Below are positions 19,262 to 30,444 of a stretch of 64,000 bases of DNA, piece after piece (within the stretch, counting starts at the first letter, position 1; each line of letters begins with the position of its first letter). A program made the translations under genes and the position numbers. Where the stretch lies: the IMG/VR virus record IMGVR_UViG_3300017986_004441, positions 1-64,000 of that record, one strand, 5' to 3'. A model generated the notes under the pieces. It worked only from the letters and a program-made list of their open reading frames with translations. It was not told where the DNA came from and did no database searches. Source of the stretch: a virus.

Positions 19262-22250
19262 TTTTAATATACAGAATCATTTAGAAGATATACCAAACCA
19301 GATACAAAATTGTAGAGGCGAGCCGTTCATATCTCATTGCTTAGATCACGAAATATCAGTATCTAATAGCTTGGCGATTAATCCAAATATATGGAGTGAT
19401 ACAGGAATAGATTTGGCTACAGGCGATACTATTACTGTATTGATTAGAGGTTGCATATGTGAAGAGTCTACACAGCTATTAACAGAAAGCAATGAAGTCA
19501 TTTCTCCGGAATCTGGTGGAAGCATTAGTGCTATGAACGATGGAAATTGTTCTGATGCTGTTGGCTTGGGTGATGGGTCTTTAACTAATAAAGTTTTTGG
19601 GACAATACTTCCCCTGGGGATTAACCCAACATCGTCAAATCAGACAGATATTAGCCTATCTCCCAACACATCAGGACATGCGAAAATATATACAGCACCA
19701 AATACCGGTAGGCTATGGCTATCTTCATACTCTACCAATTATGATAATGACAACACCTTTTATTATTGTGTGTCTATTTCTGTTGATAGGGTGACACCAA
19801 CACCAACCCCCACATCGACCCCAACCCCAACCATAACAAGCACATCAACACCAACGCCCACTACCACGACTACCAACACCCCTACGTCAACACCTACACC
19901 TACCACATCTATTACTGCCACCCCAACTATAACGCCAACACATTCCCCAACACATTCTCCGACTTTGACCGCAACACCCACAGCAACACCTACGCCTACT
20001 ATTCCTGATTGCAGCCAACAATACGATAGCATGGAAATTTATGACGGTATGATGGGAGAGATCGATTCGGCTGATCACTATTTGTATTTAGCCGACGGAT
20101 ATGCCGGTATTAAGGTCATAGATATACGTACTGATTCTACTTTGAGAACCATATCATATGTATTGAAAAATCAAAGTATCAATCTATTGTCCCTTTCCAA
20201 TTTGTATCACAGACTTTATATACCAAGAGATAAAAAAATATCTATATACAATACAGTTAATATTAATTCTATAAGCTTTGTGTTAGATATCGATTTGTCT
20301 GCTATATTTACCAATGCTAATGAAACTTGCGTAGATATTAGGACCGATGACATCAATAGTCACTGTTATATAATTTCTAATTATGGTAATTTTGTCATAT
20401 TAGACACTTTAACAAATTCTGTATTAAATAGTATCTCATTGCATACTGCTCATTATTATGGCAAAAACTGTATAGACATAAATAATGGATTTGTATATAT
20501 TGCAACAAGAGGTGGTGCTAGTGCTAATATATATAAAATACAGCAAAATACAATCACAACATCCAATCTATCTATTATAACCATACTAGAAAATGATAAT
20601 AGTTATGGATATTTATATCCGACTGATATTGCCATTATAGACGATTATATGTATATGGCCAGCACACTTGGTAATGTTTCAATTTTTGATATTGCAAATT
20701 TTGCATCGATATCTGTACTGAATACGAACGGCAATGCCAATCACATACTCAAGGATTGGGAAAACGATCATCTTTTTGTCTGTAATTCTAGTTCTCCATT
20801 AGGTGTTTATGAATTAAATAATTTATCCAATCCAGAGCTTATAAGTACGATAGACAATGGATTATTATCTTCTAGAAATTCAGTTCTGTCTAGTAATGGT
20901 CGCATACTAGTCATTATTAATAGTCGAAATATACAGCTGATTAAAAACTGTATTACGACTTTCAGAACTACTCCAACACCAACCCCTACTACAACTACAA
21001 CACCCAGCCTAACACCTAGCAACACACCCACACAGACACTTACTCCTACACTTACTCCTACAAATAGTGCCACCCCTACTCTTACCCCCACAAATAGCGT
21101 TAGCGCAACCGTTACTCCCACAATTACTGTCACAAATAGCCAGACACCAACAAACACACCTACGCATAGTATCACTCCAACATTAACACCAACACAGTCT
21201 GTGACTGCATCAAATACTCCGACATTGACACCAACGCCCTCTATCACTCCGAGCATTACTCAAACTATCACCCCTAGTGTGACCCCAACATTAACTATCA
21301 CACCCACAATCACAATGAGCTTGTCTGCAACAGCAACACCAACCCCAACTATTACTCTGACATCAACACCGACTACAACGCCTATTCCAAGGCTGAATAG
21401 AGCTAATTATAATAATGCAGCAATTTGGAACGGCGTTAATGGTAATGTTACAACAGTAGGCACAAACGGAACGTCTAGTTTTTATGGCACATATGATCAG
21501 TCTGGCCTATTATATGAATGGACCGATGGAATATTGTCGGGCTCCAAGGTTGTTAGAGGGGGTTATTACGGCAGTGCTTTTCAGGCGCTGTCTTTAGCAT
21601 ACAGAGCTAATACGGACGCTAGATATGGATATCCATATGTGGGATTTAGAATAGCTTGCCAAGAAAATGTAAATAGCTCATTATTAGATTTAGTGACCGT
21701 TGGAGATATTGGTAATGCTAATCATATTAGTGGATTTGGCTCAGTAGGATACGGCTATAAGATAAGCAGCTACTTGATCACCAATTCTCAGTATGTGCAA
21801 TTTTTAAATTCTGTTGCCAATAATACGGATCCTCATATACTGTATAACAATATTATGTCGAGTGATGCTCGTGGTGGCATATTAAGATATGGTTCGTCAG
21901 GTAATTATACTTATGTCTATAAGCCCAACATGGGAGACAAACCTGTCAATTATGTTAGCTGGTTTAGTTGCGCAAGATACTGCAATTGGATGCACCATAA
22001 TGCACCTTCTGATATTGCAGAAAATCCTGATACAGTTACGGAATCGGGAGCTTATGAATTAAATGGTGCCATGTCGGGAATATTCAATAAAAATTCTTCA
22101 GCCATTTTCTATGTACCAAGCGAAGATGAATGGGTAAAATCAGGACATTATAATGCTTCTATTGGTGGATACAGGGCATATGCTACCGGCTATGGATTAG
22201 CGCCCGCGCCTGTTAAGGCAGATGTCGATGGAGACGGCTCTTTTAATTAG
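19254..22250 (+). CDS. PA-IL-like lectin + Thr-Pro + LVIVD propeller + Thr-Pro + circularly permuted FGE-sulfatase (CLec-fold) domain
   Basis: Start moved to ATG 19254, which overlaps the upstream stop. Motifs: WSDTGIDLATGDTITV...APNTGRLWL and YLADGYAGIKVID. GTYDQSG..EW..RGG..GFRIA lies before VTVGDIGN..ITNSQY..FLN..PVNYVSW..YCNW..PSEDEW. Confidence 0.8.
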   Translation: MNNFNIQNHLEDIPNQIQNCRGEPFISHCLDHEISVSNSLAINPNIWSDTGIDLATGDTITVLIRGCICEESTQLLTESNEVISPESGGSISAMNDGNCSDAVGLGDGSLTNKVFGTILPLGINPTSSNQTDISLSPNTSGHAKIYTAPNTGRLWLSSYSTNYDNDNTFYYCVSISVDRVTPTPTPTSTPTPTITSTSTPTPTTTTTNTPTSTPTPTTSITATPTITPTHSPTHSPTLTATPTATPTPTIPDCSQQYDSMEIYDGMMGEIDSADHYLYLADGYAGIKVIDIRTDSTLRTISYVLKNQSINLLSLSNLYHRLYIPRDKKISIYNTVNINSISFVLDIDLSAIFTNANETCVDIRTDDINSHCYIISNYGNFVILDTLTNSVLNSISLHTAHYYGKNCIDINNGFVYIATRGGASANIYKIQQNTITTSNLSIITILENDNSYGYLYPTDIAIIDDYMYMASTLGNVSIFDIANFASISVLNTNGNANHILKDWENDHLFVCNSSSPLGVYELNNLSNPELISTIDNGLLSSRNSVLSSNGRILVIINSRNIQLIKNCITTFRTTPTPTPTTTTTPSLTPSNTPTQTLTPTLTPTNSATPTLTPTNSVSATVTPTITVTNSQTPTNTPTHSITPTLTPTQSVTASNTPTLTPTPSITPSITQTITPSVTPTLTITPTITMSLSATATPTPTITLTSTPTTTPIPRLNRANYNNAAIWNGVNGNVTTVGTNGTSSFYGTYDQSGLLYEWTDGILSGSKVVRGGYYGSAFQALSLAYRANTDARYGYPYVGFRIACQENVNSSLLDLVTVGDIGNANHISGFGSVGYGYKISSYLITNSQYVQFLNSVANNTDPHILYNNIMSSDARGGILRYGSSGNYTYVYKPNMGDKPVNYVSWFSCARYCNWMHHNAPSDIAENPDTVTESGAYELNGAMSGIFNKNSSAIFYVPSEDEWVKSGHYNASIGGYRAYATGYGLAPAPVKADVDGDGSFN

Positions 22251-22260
22251 GAAATAAAAT

Positions 22261-24213
22261 ATGGTATATAATAAATTTGAGACTCTACCTGAAGAAGTCG
22301 AAATCCTACAAAATATGGTCCTGCCTGACCCTAAGGTGATTATTGAATTTAACGGCTCCGGTATTCATACTATTGCGGGTCCTACGCCACTGATATCTCT
22401 TTCTAGCAATTTCAACAGATCTGCAGTTGGCCAATTAGATAGTGTGGAAAGAAAAATAACTCTCGAAGGACAGATAGTTAGATCTGCTAGTAGAAACTTT
22501 ACCAACGCTCCGTTACCGGAAAGTAGTGGTGTCAGAGGCTTGGTTTCTGCCCATGAACAGTTAAAATCTCTATTTTCAGAATGTAGTGCCGGAACAATTG
22601 CAATATATTGTGATGGTGATAAATTTTTTGAGAAACACAATGTTAGAGTAGATAGTATAGAATTTAGTTCTCAAAATAATTTTACGCAAGTTGCCGATTA
22701 TACTGTTAGCCTTAGTTTCTTTGAGTCGGGAGTGCATGGATTTTCAGTAAAGAATACTAGCGATGAGTGGAATATAGAACCTTTGGAAGATTATACCTAT
22801 ATTGATTTCCAAACTACGGTATCTAAAAAGGCCGAACAGCATAATCCTCATTTGAAACCCTTTCCGCCAGACAGATTTTTGCCCAATGCAGACAATCAAC
22901 TTCAGATAGTCGACGTTCCGAGATATAAAATTACTAGAAAATTATCTGCTGCAGGACTACCCACAACAGGATCTAGCGGATGTACCGATGCTGGCGTTAA
23001 TGGTTCATACTTAGAAGCTAAGAGATGGGTTGCGTCAAAATTAGTTACTGCTTTTGACAATACTAATAATAGTAATTCTATTCTTAATAGTGGATTACCA
23101 GCATTTATTGAAACCCCCAATTATTCTTCTTTTACAAATACCTATTTGTATAATCATGTTAGGTCAATTAACTATAGCATTTCTGAAGGCACATATTCGG
23201 TTACAGAATCATGGCTTGCCATGCCAACAGGTATTAGATATACCGAATCTTTTGATATAGATATTGGTACCGATGAAAATTATGTGAAAACCGTCACAGT
23301 AAAAGGTGAGGTTCAAGGATTATATCTTAAGGATTTGGACACTATGATCGGTAGTGGCGGTACTGGTCTAGTGCCAAATGAGAATAATATTATTAGCGTA
23401 GATTATGACAAATTATTGGACAATGATACACAAGGATCTGCTCCTGGTGGAGGCGCCAATATATCCATAAGTAAGAATATTTATCAAAACGCTATGAGCG
23501 GATTTATATATGAAATTAAACCTTATATTTATAAAAGGGCTAGTATTGGAGTTAACGACAATTACTATAACCAATATTGGCATGACCCAACCACTACTGA
23601 CCCTAGATTAAATTCTAAAAATAACACACCTGGTAATGCTCCACAAATTAGAAATCCTACGTACACTAAAGAACCACAGCTTAATATTATTCCAATCAGC
23701 ACTTCGGAATCTCATAATATCAGAAAAGGATCGGTGAGCTATACCTACCAATTTAATAATAAAGCAAATATTGCCACAGGAGTTATTAGCTCTAATATTA
23801 CTATAGACACAACTTTTCCCAATGATGTATTTGCAGAATCTTTCGTACTAGGAAGACAGCTGGGTCCTGTTTTACAGGATCTTGGAACCATTACTACCGC
23901 CAAAAAAAGTATAAATATAGAAGTTAACGTTGTTCCGCCAAGAAGTCTGGACGGATATTTAATGGATAATGTTAATTGTCCTTTATATACTGGAGGAAAT
24001 ATTTTTAGTACAATTACCGGTATTGCCGAAGCCCTAAAGCCATATGGTGACAAACCAGCCCATCTCGGTTTCACAAACAATGTTAATGACGCAGGAAAAG
24101 TATTTGTTGTAGGTAATCAAGAAAGTTGGAACCCTATTCAGGGCAAATATAATTTACAGCTATCGTATGCTTACCAACCATGTAAATTAGGAAGATCTTT
24201 TAGGGATACATAA
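22261..24213 (+). CDS. Hypothetical beta-rich structural protein (tail/baseplate candidate)
   Basis: 650 aa. SD-like AGGA upstream; TAATG coupling to the next gene. Function is inferred from context only. Confidence 0.55.
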   Translation: MVYNKFETLPEEVEILQNMVLPDPKVIIEFNGSGIHTIAGPTPLISLSSNFNRSAVGQLDSVERKITLEGQIVRSASRNFTNAPLPESSGVRGLVSAHEQLKSLFSECSAGTIAIYCDGDKFFEKHNVRVDSIEFSSQNNFTQVADYTVSLSFFESGVHGFSVKNTSDEWNIEPLEDYTYIDFQTTVSKKAEQHNPHLKPFPPDRFLPNADNQLQIVDVPRYKITRKLSAAGLPTTGSSGCTDAGVNGSYLEAKRWVASKLVTAFDNTNNSNSILNSGLPAFIETPNYSSFTNTYLYNHVRSINYSISEGTYSVTESWLAMPTGIRYTESFDIDIGTDENYVKTVTVKGEVQGLYLKDLDTMIGSGGTGLVPNENNIISVDYDKLLDNDTQGSAPGGGANISISKNIYQNAMSGFIYEIKPYIYKRASIGVNDNYYNQYWHDPTTTDPRLNSKNNTPGNAPQIRNPTYTKEPQLNIIPISTSESHNIRKGSVSYTYQFNNKANIATGVISSNITIDTTFPNDVFAESFVLGRQLGPVLQDLGTITTAKKSINIEVNVVPPRSLDGYLMDNVNCPLYTGGNIFSTITGIAEALKPYGDKPAHLGFTNNVNDAGKVFVVGNQESWNPIQGKYNLQLSYAYQPCKLGRSFRDT

Positions 24214-27200
24214 TGCCAACTCAACCATGTAATAATGAAAAGAAAATAGCTCAAACATTATTCCTTGGTGCTAGTGTTGCTAATTTTAATACTAGTCTAG
24301 GATGGGGGTCTCAGCCTTCACAACTCACCGTTAACCTAATAGAAGATAAGGTCTCACCATTCTGCGACAAATACGGACAGCCGATAGCTTCCCAATTTCC
24401 TGCATACAAGGGAAAGATTATTCCTAATCACTATCATGATTGTTTAGGTGACGATTGTTATATGATAGCGGATGGTTCGCCGTTTGATTCATCTAAACAT
24501 GCATATTCTGACAGGTTAACATTAGGAAAAGTCTATTATAAGATATATAATAATCCTCCGGTTTTCCCTAAAAGCAATAAAAGCAATTGCGTATTGTCTG
24601 AATACTGGTTTAATCCAGATCCAGGATTTATAGGCATTCAGAATAGATTAAATCTAGACGGATCATATCTAAATATCTATGAGCCACTAAATCAGAATCT
24701 TAATCCTGGTTATGATATTATCAACTGTCCTGTATTTTTTAAGGTTGGAGACTTTTCTTTTGGAGGGATGGTGCAGTCCTGGAGTAGAAGCCAGAGTAAT
24801 TCTGGGGATGTGATTACTGTTAATATCAACGATATGAAATCCGTTTTGTCCAATTGTTATATTATTCTGGATAAATTTTCAGGGGCAGTATATAGTAAAG
24901 TAAAAGACGCTTTAAATTTTTATGGTGGGCCCAGAAATTGGGCTGGTGATCAGGTAGATTATTTTGGAAGATTATATCATGGTAATGTTCCCAATGTTTT
25001 CAATATTTATGGATTCTTGGAATCTTTCGGCACTGCTGGTTTTGGCGGATCTAATAAAAATAAGAATGGGATATCTGTTAATAGTATTGTAGATGCCTTA
25101 AGTGTTTTATCTAGCAATATTCCCATACAGAATGATTTATTTCAATCGTTGCAGGCCGGTTATGCCCCCAAAAGCGCCTTCTCTCCTTTTTGTAGAATAT
25201 TGACAAAAACCCCCCAAACATCCGATACGTTTCAAAATATTTCTTCTTCTTTTAATACTTTTGGTATTATTCCCCCGACACTTAATTTCTCCGATAATGT
25301 CGATAGGTGTCAATTTGTTTTAGACCTGAGTGAACTTCCTAGATTTTCAGCTAATTTTAGATTAGCCGATCCTGTTATATCTATTACAGATTTTATTTCT
25401 AGAATATGTGAAGAATCTGGAAATGATTTTCTTGTTGATATGCACCCAATAGTTCTAAACGGATCTAATTATAATGTTATTAAAATAAAGCTTGTATCGA
25501 GAAACTCTCAGCCTTCTCCCATACAGATTGAAAGCAGTGTCAACCAATTATTGTGTGATGGATATAATGTTTCTTCTGCAACTTACGGAAAAGAAAAAAA
25601 TGAAACAAATTTAAAAAGCATTGTGGTAGGAGCCAACCAACAGAGACTATTACAAATCAGATCTAATAGGCTGGCATATACTCAAACCAATTTGGTTTTT
25701 AACAGTAGAACAATGGAATTTGTAAATTATGACACCCTTGGAAACAGCCCTACCTCTACATACAGATTTCATCATGGACAATACAGGTTCCCATCTGCAT
25801 TTTCTACCAACAATCCAGATTTATCCAAACAAATCAACCCAAACCAATCTGATCTATATGACTCTAATGAGGTTATTTCAAATACAATAGCAAAAAATGA
25901 TTTTAGCAGTATAGACACTAAATACAGGGATCCTATTTCTGCTCCTAATCCACAAAATTGCGGCAACTATTATAGCACAATTAATATTCCACAGTCTGTA
26001 CCTGTAGAATCTAATGATCCTGGTAATTATTGGTCTTTTAACAGTGGTGATGTACTTGGTAAGACTTTAAGATTTTTCCCTATGTTTAAGGATGCGATAT
26101 GTCCCTTTTTTGGATTTGTTAGAGATGAAGAAGTAAAAATAGACACATCTCAAAAAAATACAGATTATAGAAAAATCAGGCCTGTCTATTTGGATACTTG
26201 GACAGGTCAGATTTGTGTTTTGCTACAGGTGCATGAATTTCCGCAGATTAGTTTGGACATTATTCCTACAATAGTATCTAATGGTAAAGGCTATATATTA
26301 ATTAGCGAAAGTGAAATTAGGGCTGCTTTGGCTGGATTTGATAATTTTTTAGTTTATTGTTTAGCGAAACAATATAGGCCCGATTTGCTAGAGTCTGTTA
26401 GACTTGGACATCAGCAAAAATATTACAATAAATTATTATCTGAAGGAATTGCCCCAGCAAAAGCTTTAGATATGGCCAAGAAAAAATATGACTGGTTCTG
26501 GAGGCAAGTACATGGAAATATCGCTGGTCCTTTCGGTCAACCAGTGGAGATAGCACCCGCCAAAAATGATGGAGCTAGCTATATAGATCAAAAGGCAATG
26601 CAGGATTTGCAAATTTTACATCAATTTGTAAACCAGATAGGATCATATTATGGTAAGCAGTATATGGTTTCTTTACCTAATTTAGAGAGCTATAAGGATT
26701 CACAATATTCAGGAATTTCTTTACCTACTGCCGCCGGTGACTGTTATGTATTTAGTGGAGATGGTGATGTATACTACAACTATGAGCCAGTCTCAGAAGG
26801 AGCCTGGGAAGAACCTGGCAATATCATTGACGATGCTATTGCTGTAGGCGGCAATAATTACTATGCTTTGTCTGAACAAGATGGCAGGATTGGGACAATA
26901 CTAGGATATAATACTAACAAATATTTTGACTACACTAAGGCAGAAATGTGTAAATTTGCACAAAATTTGTATAACAATAACTTAGCCGCATTGGATGATC
27001 AAAAAATAAATCCGGCCTGGAGTTACCAAATTTTTGATGAAATACTGAATATTAGAGAAACCAGCTGTCCCGAAGGCGGCTTTATATATAATAACGTCAA
27101 TATTTCTGCATTACCAACAACCGATTATGTTACAACAACTTCTCCAGGTTCCACTCAAGCAAAAGACGCTTGGTCCTATAATATTCAGGCAGAGCCCATT

Positions 27201-30200
27201 AGGAAAACATATGTTAAAGCGCAAGTAGATCCAAAAATTAATTATATCGATGCTCAGCAGTTTTTGTTGCCAAAGGCTATAGTTACTGCTCCTGGCTTAA
27301 CATTAAATACGAGCAGTAGCCAATATAAAAAAGACCCCAATAGAACTGTAGTGTGCAATGTGTCTAGCGAAGACCTCATTATGTACATGAAAACCACTAA
27401 TGAAAAATATTGGGATTATGAATTTATAGCATACCTATTGTATTATATAAGTCCCGTATTCCAAAATATATTTAAGGGCAATTATGCTGTGTCTAGTGAT
27501 GAATCGGCTAATCATGTAGAAATAGCACCAAAAGCAGCTCATCCCTTTTTTGCCGGTATACCTATTAAGTTAAATAATGCAGTTTATGGGCCATGGTCTA
27601 ATAATGTGTACGTTGACTATCTACGATCTCCCAATTCCATTTTTCCTCCAGGAACTGAAATAAAGACTTCTGATACACCACCATATGTATGTACCACTAA
27701 AGCAATAACGGTTAATCCAGAACAAGCCAAAAATCTTATAGACAATTTTATTGGTCCCACTTCGATTGAGGTAGATGAACAAATGGCTCCGTGGAACTTC
27801 GGCGGGTCAGCATACATGGATCAGGTAGCAAATATTACAGCATACTCCAAACTTAATTATCAGAATATCATAGAATCTGCGCAGATCAACATGCCAGGAC
27901 TGCCATTATTTGATTTGGGTTCTGAATTTGGAGTAGCGGCTATCAATAATAGGAATATCGATCTTACCCCTTTAATATCTGTAAATAATTATTATTATAT
28001 AGATCAAAAGTTTATATATCAACATGATATATTAGATAATTTTGGCTGGATAGATTTGCCTAATAAATTAGTTCCTAATCTAGGATCTATGATAAACAAT
28101 AGAACCGCATCAAATATTGATGCTTATTATAATACTATAGCTATTAATACTCCAATTAGTAGTCCAACCACCGTTATTACTAATATACAGGTTAACATCG
28201 GCAATGACGGAATAAATACCACATATTCTCTGAGAACATACACTAGAAAACTATCTTTATTCAATAAAACAGAAATCGATAGGATATCTAAACAGGGACA
28301 AGAAACAATACAAAGAAATAAACAAATAGCTTCAGTAAAACAGCAAAATAAAAATATAGAAATACAGCAATACAAAACTAGAGAAGACAAGAGGCTGACA
28401 GAAAGTAATTCTTATTTTGATAGTATAGGTTTTAGCAGTAAGCTCTTTGGCTGGAGTCCTACTACCGTATTACTAGGTCAAGCTTCTCCATACCTTAAGA
28501 GCCTCAATACTAGCCCTGATTATATTCCTCCAGATTCTTTATATGTAAAACCAGATGAATTCGCATCTCTTGGCAAGGGAAGAAAGCAATACGACCTACC
28601 AAGCGGAAAATCATTGGGTGATGATCAAACCACCAAAGACCCAGATTTGCTACAAAATTCCGATACTTTTATGCTGACGATGCAAAATACCACAAAATAT
28701 AAAACTGATGTAGGTATATATGAGCTCAAAGAAATCAGAGCTCAATTAGATCAAGATTATGGCATGCAGTCTGCGATGAGCCTTGATGGAATTCTGTCTC
28801 CTGTTTCTTTTTACCCGACCAATAAAAATAGCACATACAGCTATGCAAAATATGATACAGAATTTTGTCCATTTTGTAGAGGTAGTAAAAAAATAAAAAC
28901 AGAATATAAATGGTATACAAACAGAGACACGTCTTCCATTACTGAGTATATATACTGCGATAGATGTGAAAGAAAAGACAAAAAATTAAAATATAGCCTT
29001 TCTTCTAGCGGCGGGGGCGGCGGCTCATCTGAGGTTTTGCCTCCTTATATTATTAGTAATTTGTCTACTTTAGCATTACTAGAACAATTTAAAAGTTTCG
29101 GAGGTTCATCCAGTTCACAGTCTTCACAGTCTGGTGGGGGCTCTTCTATTAATCTGATAAGTTTGAACCCAGTTCTTTCTGCACAAGGAGATTTTAGAAA
29201 TCCTAATACACAGAATTATGTTGGAGAACATCCAGATGGCAAACATCCAAAACTGACTATTGGTAGCAAAGACAGGCCATTTATTGATAGATGTAGACAC
29301 AGCATTGAAATTGTCGGACGCGGATCGATACCTCAACAAAACATTACCATTACAGACAATACATATGAATATATAGATGGTTATCAGCCAGATTTTCACA
29401 ATGAAGACTTGGCATTGATGGATGATATCAAAGAAAGAAACACCGGTGCTATTCCGTTACTTGATAAATATCAAATGAATCAAAGATTTATGGGACTGCG
29501 GGGACCATTAACAATGCACGCCTGGGGATACGACACAGAAGGATATCCTGTGCCTAATGCTGCTGACGAACCATTGTCTGTAGATAAGTATGGCAGGCCA
29601 TTAAGATTTAAGCTAAAGGTTAAGTCGATAACAGATACCACATATGGAGAAGCTCCTGATGGATCTGTATATACGTTGTCTGGAAAATTTTACGTTAAAG
29701 GAGAAGAAGATAATCCACCAGCTGACAAAACCAAGATCCAGGTTTATGTTTATGAAAATGATTTATCTAGCGCTGGCTATATTACATCAGAAGATTATTC
29801 TTCAGACAGAACAAAAGGCTATCAAGGAGATATTGTTAGTAAGACACAAACCTTACAAGATAATGGTCAATATAGCAAAAAAATACAATTAGATGATTTT
29901 TATCTGAATTTTGGTGAACGTCCAGATTTGTGGCCCGTTGGTCCAATAGATCTTAGGTGGGATGCCTCTAGAAAAGTATGGACTGTACCAACATCCGCAA
30001 ACATATATAAAATGGTATACGTTACACTAGAAGAAGACATGATTAAACCAGCAGATCATTATGACGAGACTTTTGCCGCTAGAGGATTTTTAGACGAATT
30101 AGAATATAATACGGAACCTTTGCCTAATGGATCTAGGAGGTTAGTATATATTAAAGATAAAACCGGTTGGACCGCACCGAGGGGTGCTAAGTTATTATGT

Positions 30201-30443
30201 AGATATAATTCAGATACTGGTTTTTATGAACCTGTTTCTAAGCCCTCCTTTACTGTAGTAGGAACGATACTGAATAATCAAGAAGCTAATATTAGTTTAA
30301 AATATGTACAAGGTAAAAATGCTGGGTCTATACCTACAATGAAAGTAACTTTCAGAAATAGTCTCAACTTAAATTATGCCAGTGGAGCGAATGGATTTTT
30401 TGTATATGAAAGTGGACAATGGACATTGTTTTCAGTAGGATAA
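24213..30443 (+). CDS. Large structural protein, tail tip/baseplate hub candidate
   Basis: 2076-aa ORF. N-terminal SQLTVNLIED..FSFGGMVQSW..ITVNIND resembles tail-hub openings. It has a late ITNIQVNIG..GINTTY segment, a coiled stretch and a CPFC..CDRC motif. Confidence 0.55.
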   Translation: MPTQPCNNEKKIAQTLFLGASVANFNTSLGWGSQPSQLTVNLIEDKVSPFCDKYGQPIASQFPAYKGKIIPNHYHDCLGDDCYMIADGSPFDSSKHAYSDRLTLGKVYYKIYNNPPVFPKSNKSNCVLSEYWFNPDPGFIGIQNRLNLDGSYLNIYEPLNQNLNPGYDIINCPVFFKVGDFSFGGMVQSWSRSQSNSGDVITVNINDMKSVLSNCYIILDKFSGAVYSKVKDALNFYGGPRNWAGDQVDYFGRLYHGNVPNVFNIYGFLESFGTAGFGGSNKNKNGISVNSIVDALSVLSSNIPIQNDLFQSLQAGYAPKSAFSPFCRILTKTPQTSDTFQNISSSFNTFGIIPPTLNFSDNVDRCQFVLDLSELPRFSANFRLADPVISITDFISRICEESGNDFLVDMHPIVLNGSNYNVIKIKLVSRNSQPSPIQIESSVNQLLCDGYNVSSATYGKEKNETNLKSIVVGANQQRLLQIRSNRLAYTQTNLVFNSRTMEFVNYDTLGNSPTSTYRFHHGQYRFPSAFSTNNPDLSKQINPNQSDLYDSNEVISNTIAKNDFSSIDTKYRDPISAPNPQNCGNYYSTINIPQSVPVESNDPGNYWSFNSGDVLGKTLRFFPMFKDAICPFFGFVRDEEVKIDTSQKNTDYRKIRPVYLDTWTGQICVLLQVHEFPQISLDIIPTIVSNGKGYILISESEIRAALAGFDNFLVYCLAKQYRPDLLESVRLGHQQKYYNKLLSEGIAPAKALDMAKKKYDWFWRQVHGNIAGPFGQPVEIAPAKNDGASYIDQKAMQDLQILHQFVNQIGSYYGKQYMVSLPNLESYKDSQYSGISLPTAAGDCYVFSGDGDVYYNYEPVSEGAWEEPGNIIDDAIAVGGNNYYALSEQDGRIGTILGYNTNKYFDYTKAEMCKFAQNLYNNNLAALDDQKINPAWSYQIFDEILNIRETSCPEGGFIYNNVNISALPTTDYVTTTSPGSTQAKDAWSYNIQAEPIRKTYVKAQVDPKINYIDAQQFLLPKAIVTAPGLTLNTSSSQYKKDPNRTVVCNVSSEDLIMYMKTTNEKYWDYEFIAYLLYYISPVFQNIFKGNYAVSSDESANHVEIAPKAAHPFFAGIPIKLNNAVYGPWSNNVYVDYLRSPNSIFPPGTEIKTSDTPPYVCTTKAITVNPEQAKNLIDNFIGPTSIEVDEQMAPWNFGGSAYMDQVANITAYSKLNYQNIIESAQINMPGLPLFDLGSEFGVAAINNRNIDLTPLISVNNYYYIDQKFIYQHDILDNFGWIDLPNKLVPNLGSMINNRTASNIDAYYNTIAINTPISSPTTVITNIQVNIGNDGINTTYSLRTYTRKLSLFNKTEIDRISKQGQETIQRNKQIASVKQQNKNIEIQQYKTREDKRLTESNSYFDSIGFSSKLFGWSPTTVLLGQASPYLKSLNTSPDYIPPDSLYVKPDEFASLGKGRKQYDLPSGKSLGDDQTTKDPDLLQNSDTFMLTMQNTTKYKTDVGIYELKEIRAQLDQDYGMQSAMSLDGILSPVSFYPTNKNSTYSYAKYDTEFCPFCRGSKKIKTEYKWYTNRDTSSITEYIYCDRCERKDKKLKYSLSSSGGGGGSSEVLPPYIISNLSTLALLEQFKSFGGSSSSQSSQSGGGSSINLISLNPVLSAQGDFRNPNTQNYVGEHPDGKHPKLTIGSKDRPFIDRCRHSIEIVGRGSIPQQNITITDNTYEYIDGYQPDFHNEDLALMDDIKERNTGAIPLLDKYQMNQRFMGLRGPLTMHAWGYDTEGYPVPNAADEPLSVDKYGRPLRFKLKVKSITDTTYGEAPDGSVYTLSGKFYVKGEEDNPPADKTKIQVYVYENDLSSAGYITSEDYSSDRTKGYQGDIVSKTQTLQDNGQYSKKIQLDDFYLNFGERPDLWPVGPIDLRWDASRKVWTVPTSANIYKMVYVTLEEDMIKPADHYDETFAARGFLDELEYNTEPLPNGSRRLVYIKDKTGWTAPRGAKLLCRYNSDTGFYEPVSKPSFTVVGTILNNQEANISLKYVQGKNAGSIPTMKVTFRNSLNLNYASGANGFFVYESGQWTLFSVG

Positions 30444-30444
30444 A

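Noticed and set aside
21390-22250. Diversity-generating retroelement targeting the CLec-fold domains
   Set aside because: No reverse transcriptase and no near-identical template repeat differing at adenines was seen in the window. One could exist elsewhere in the genome.
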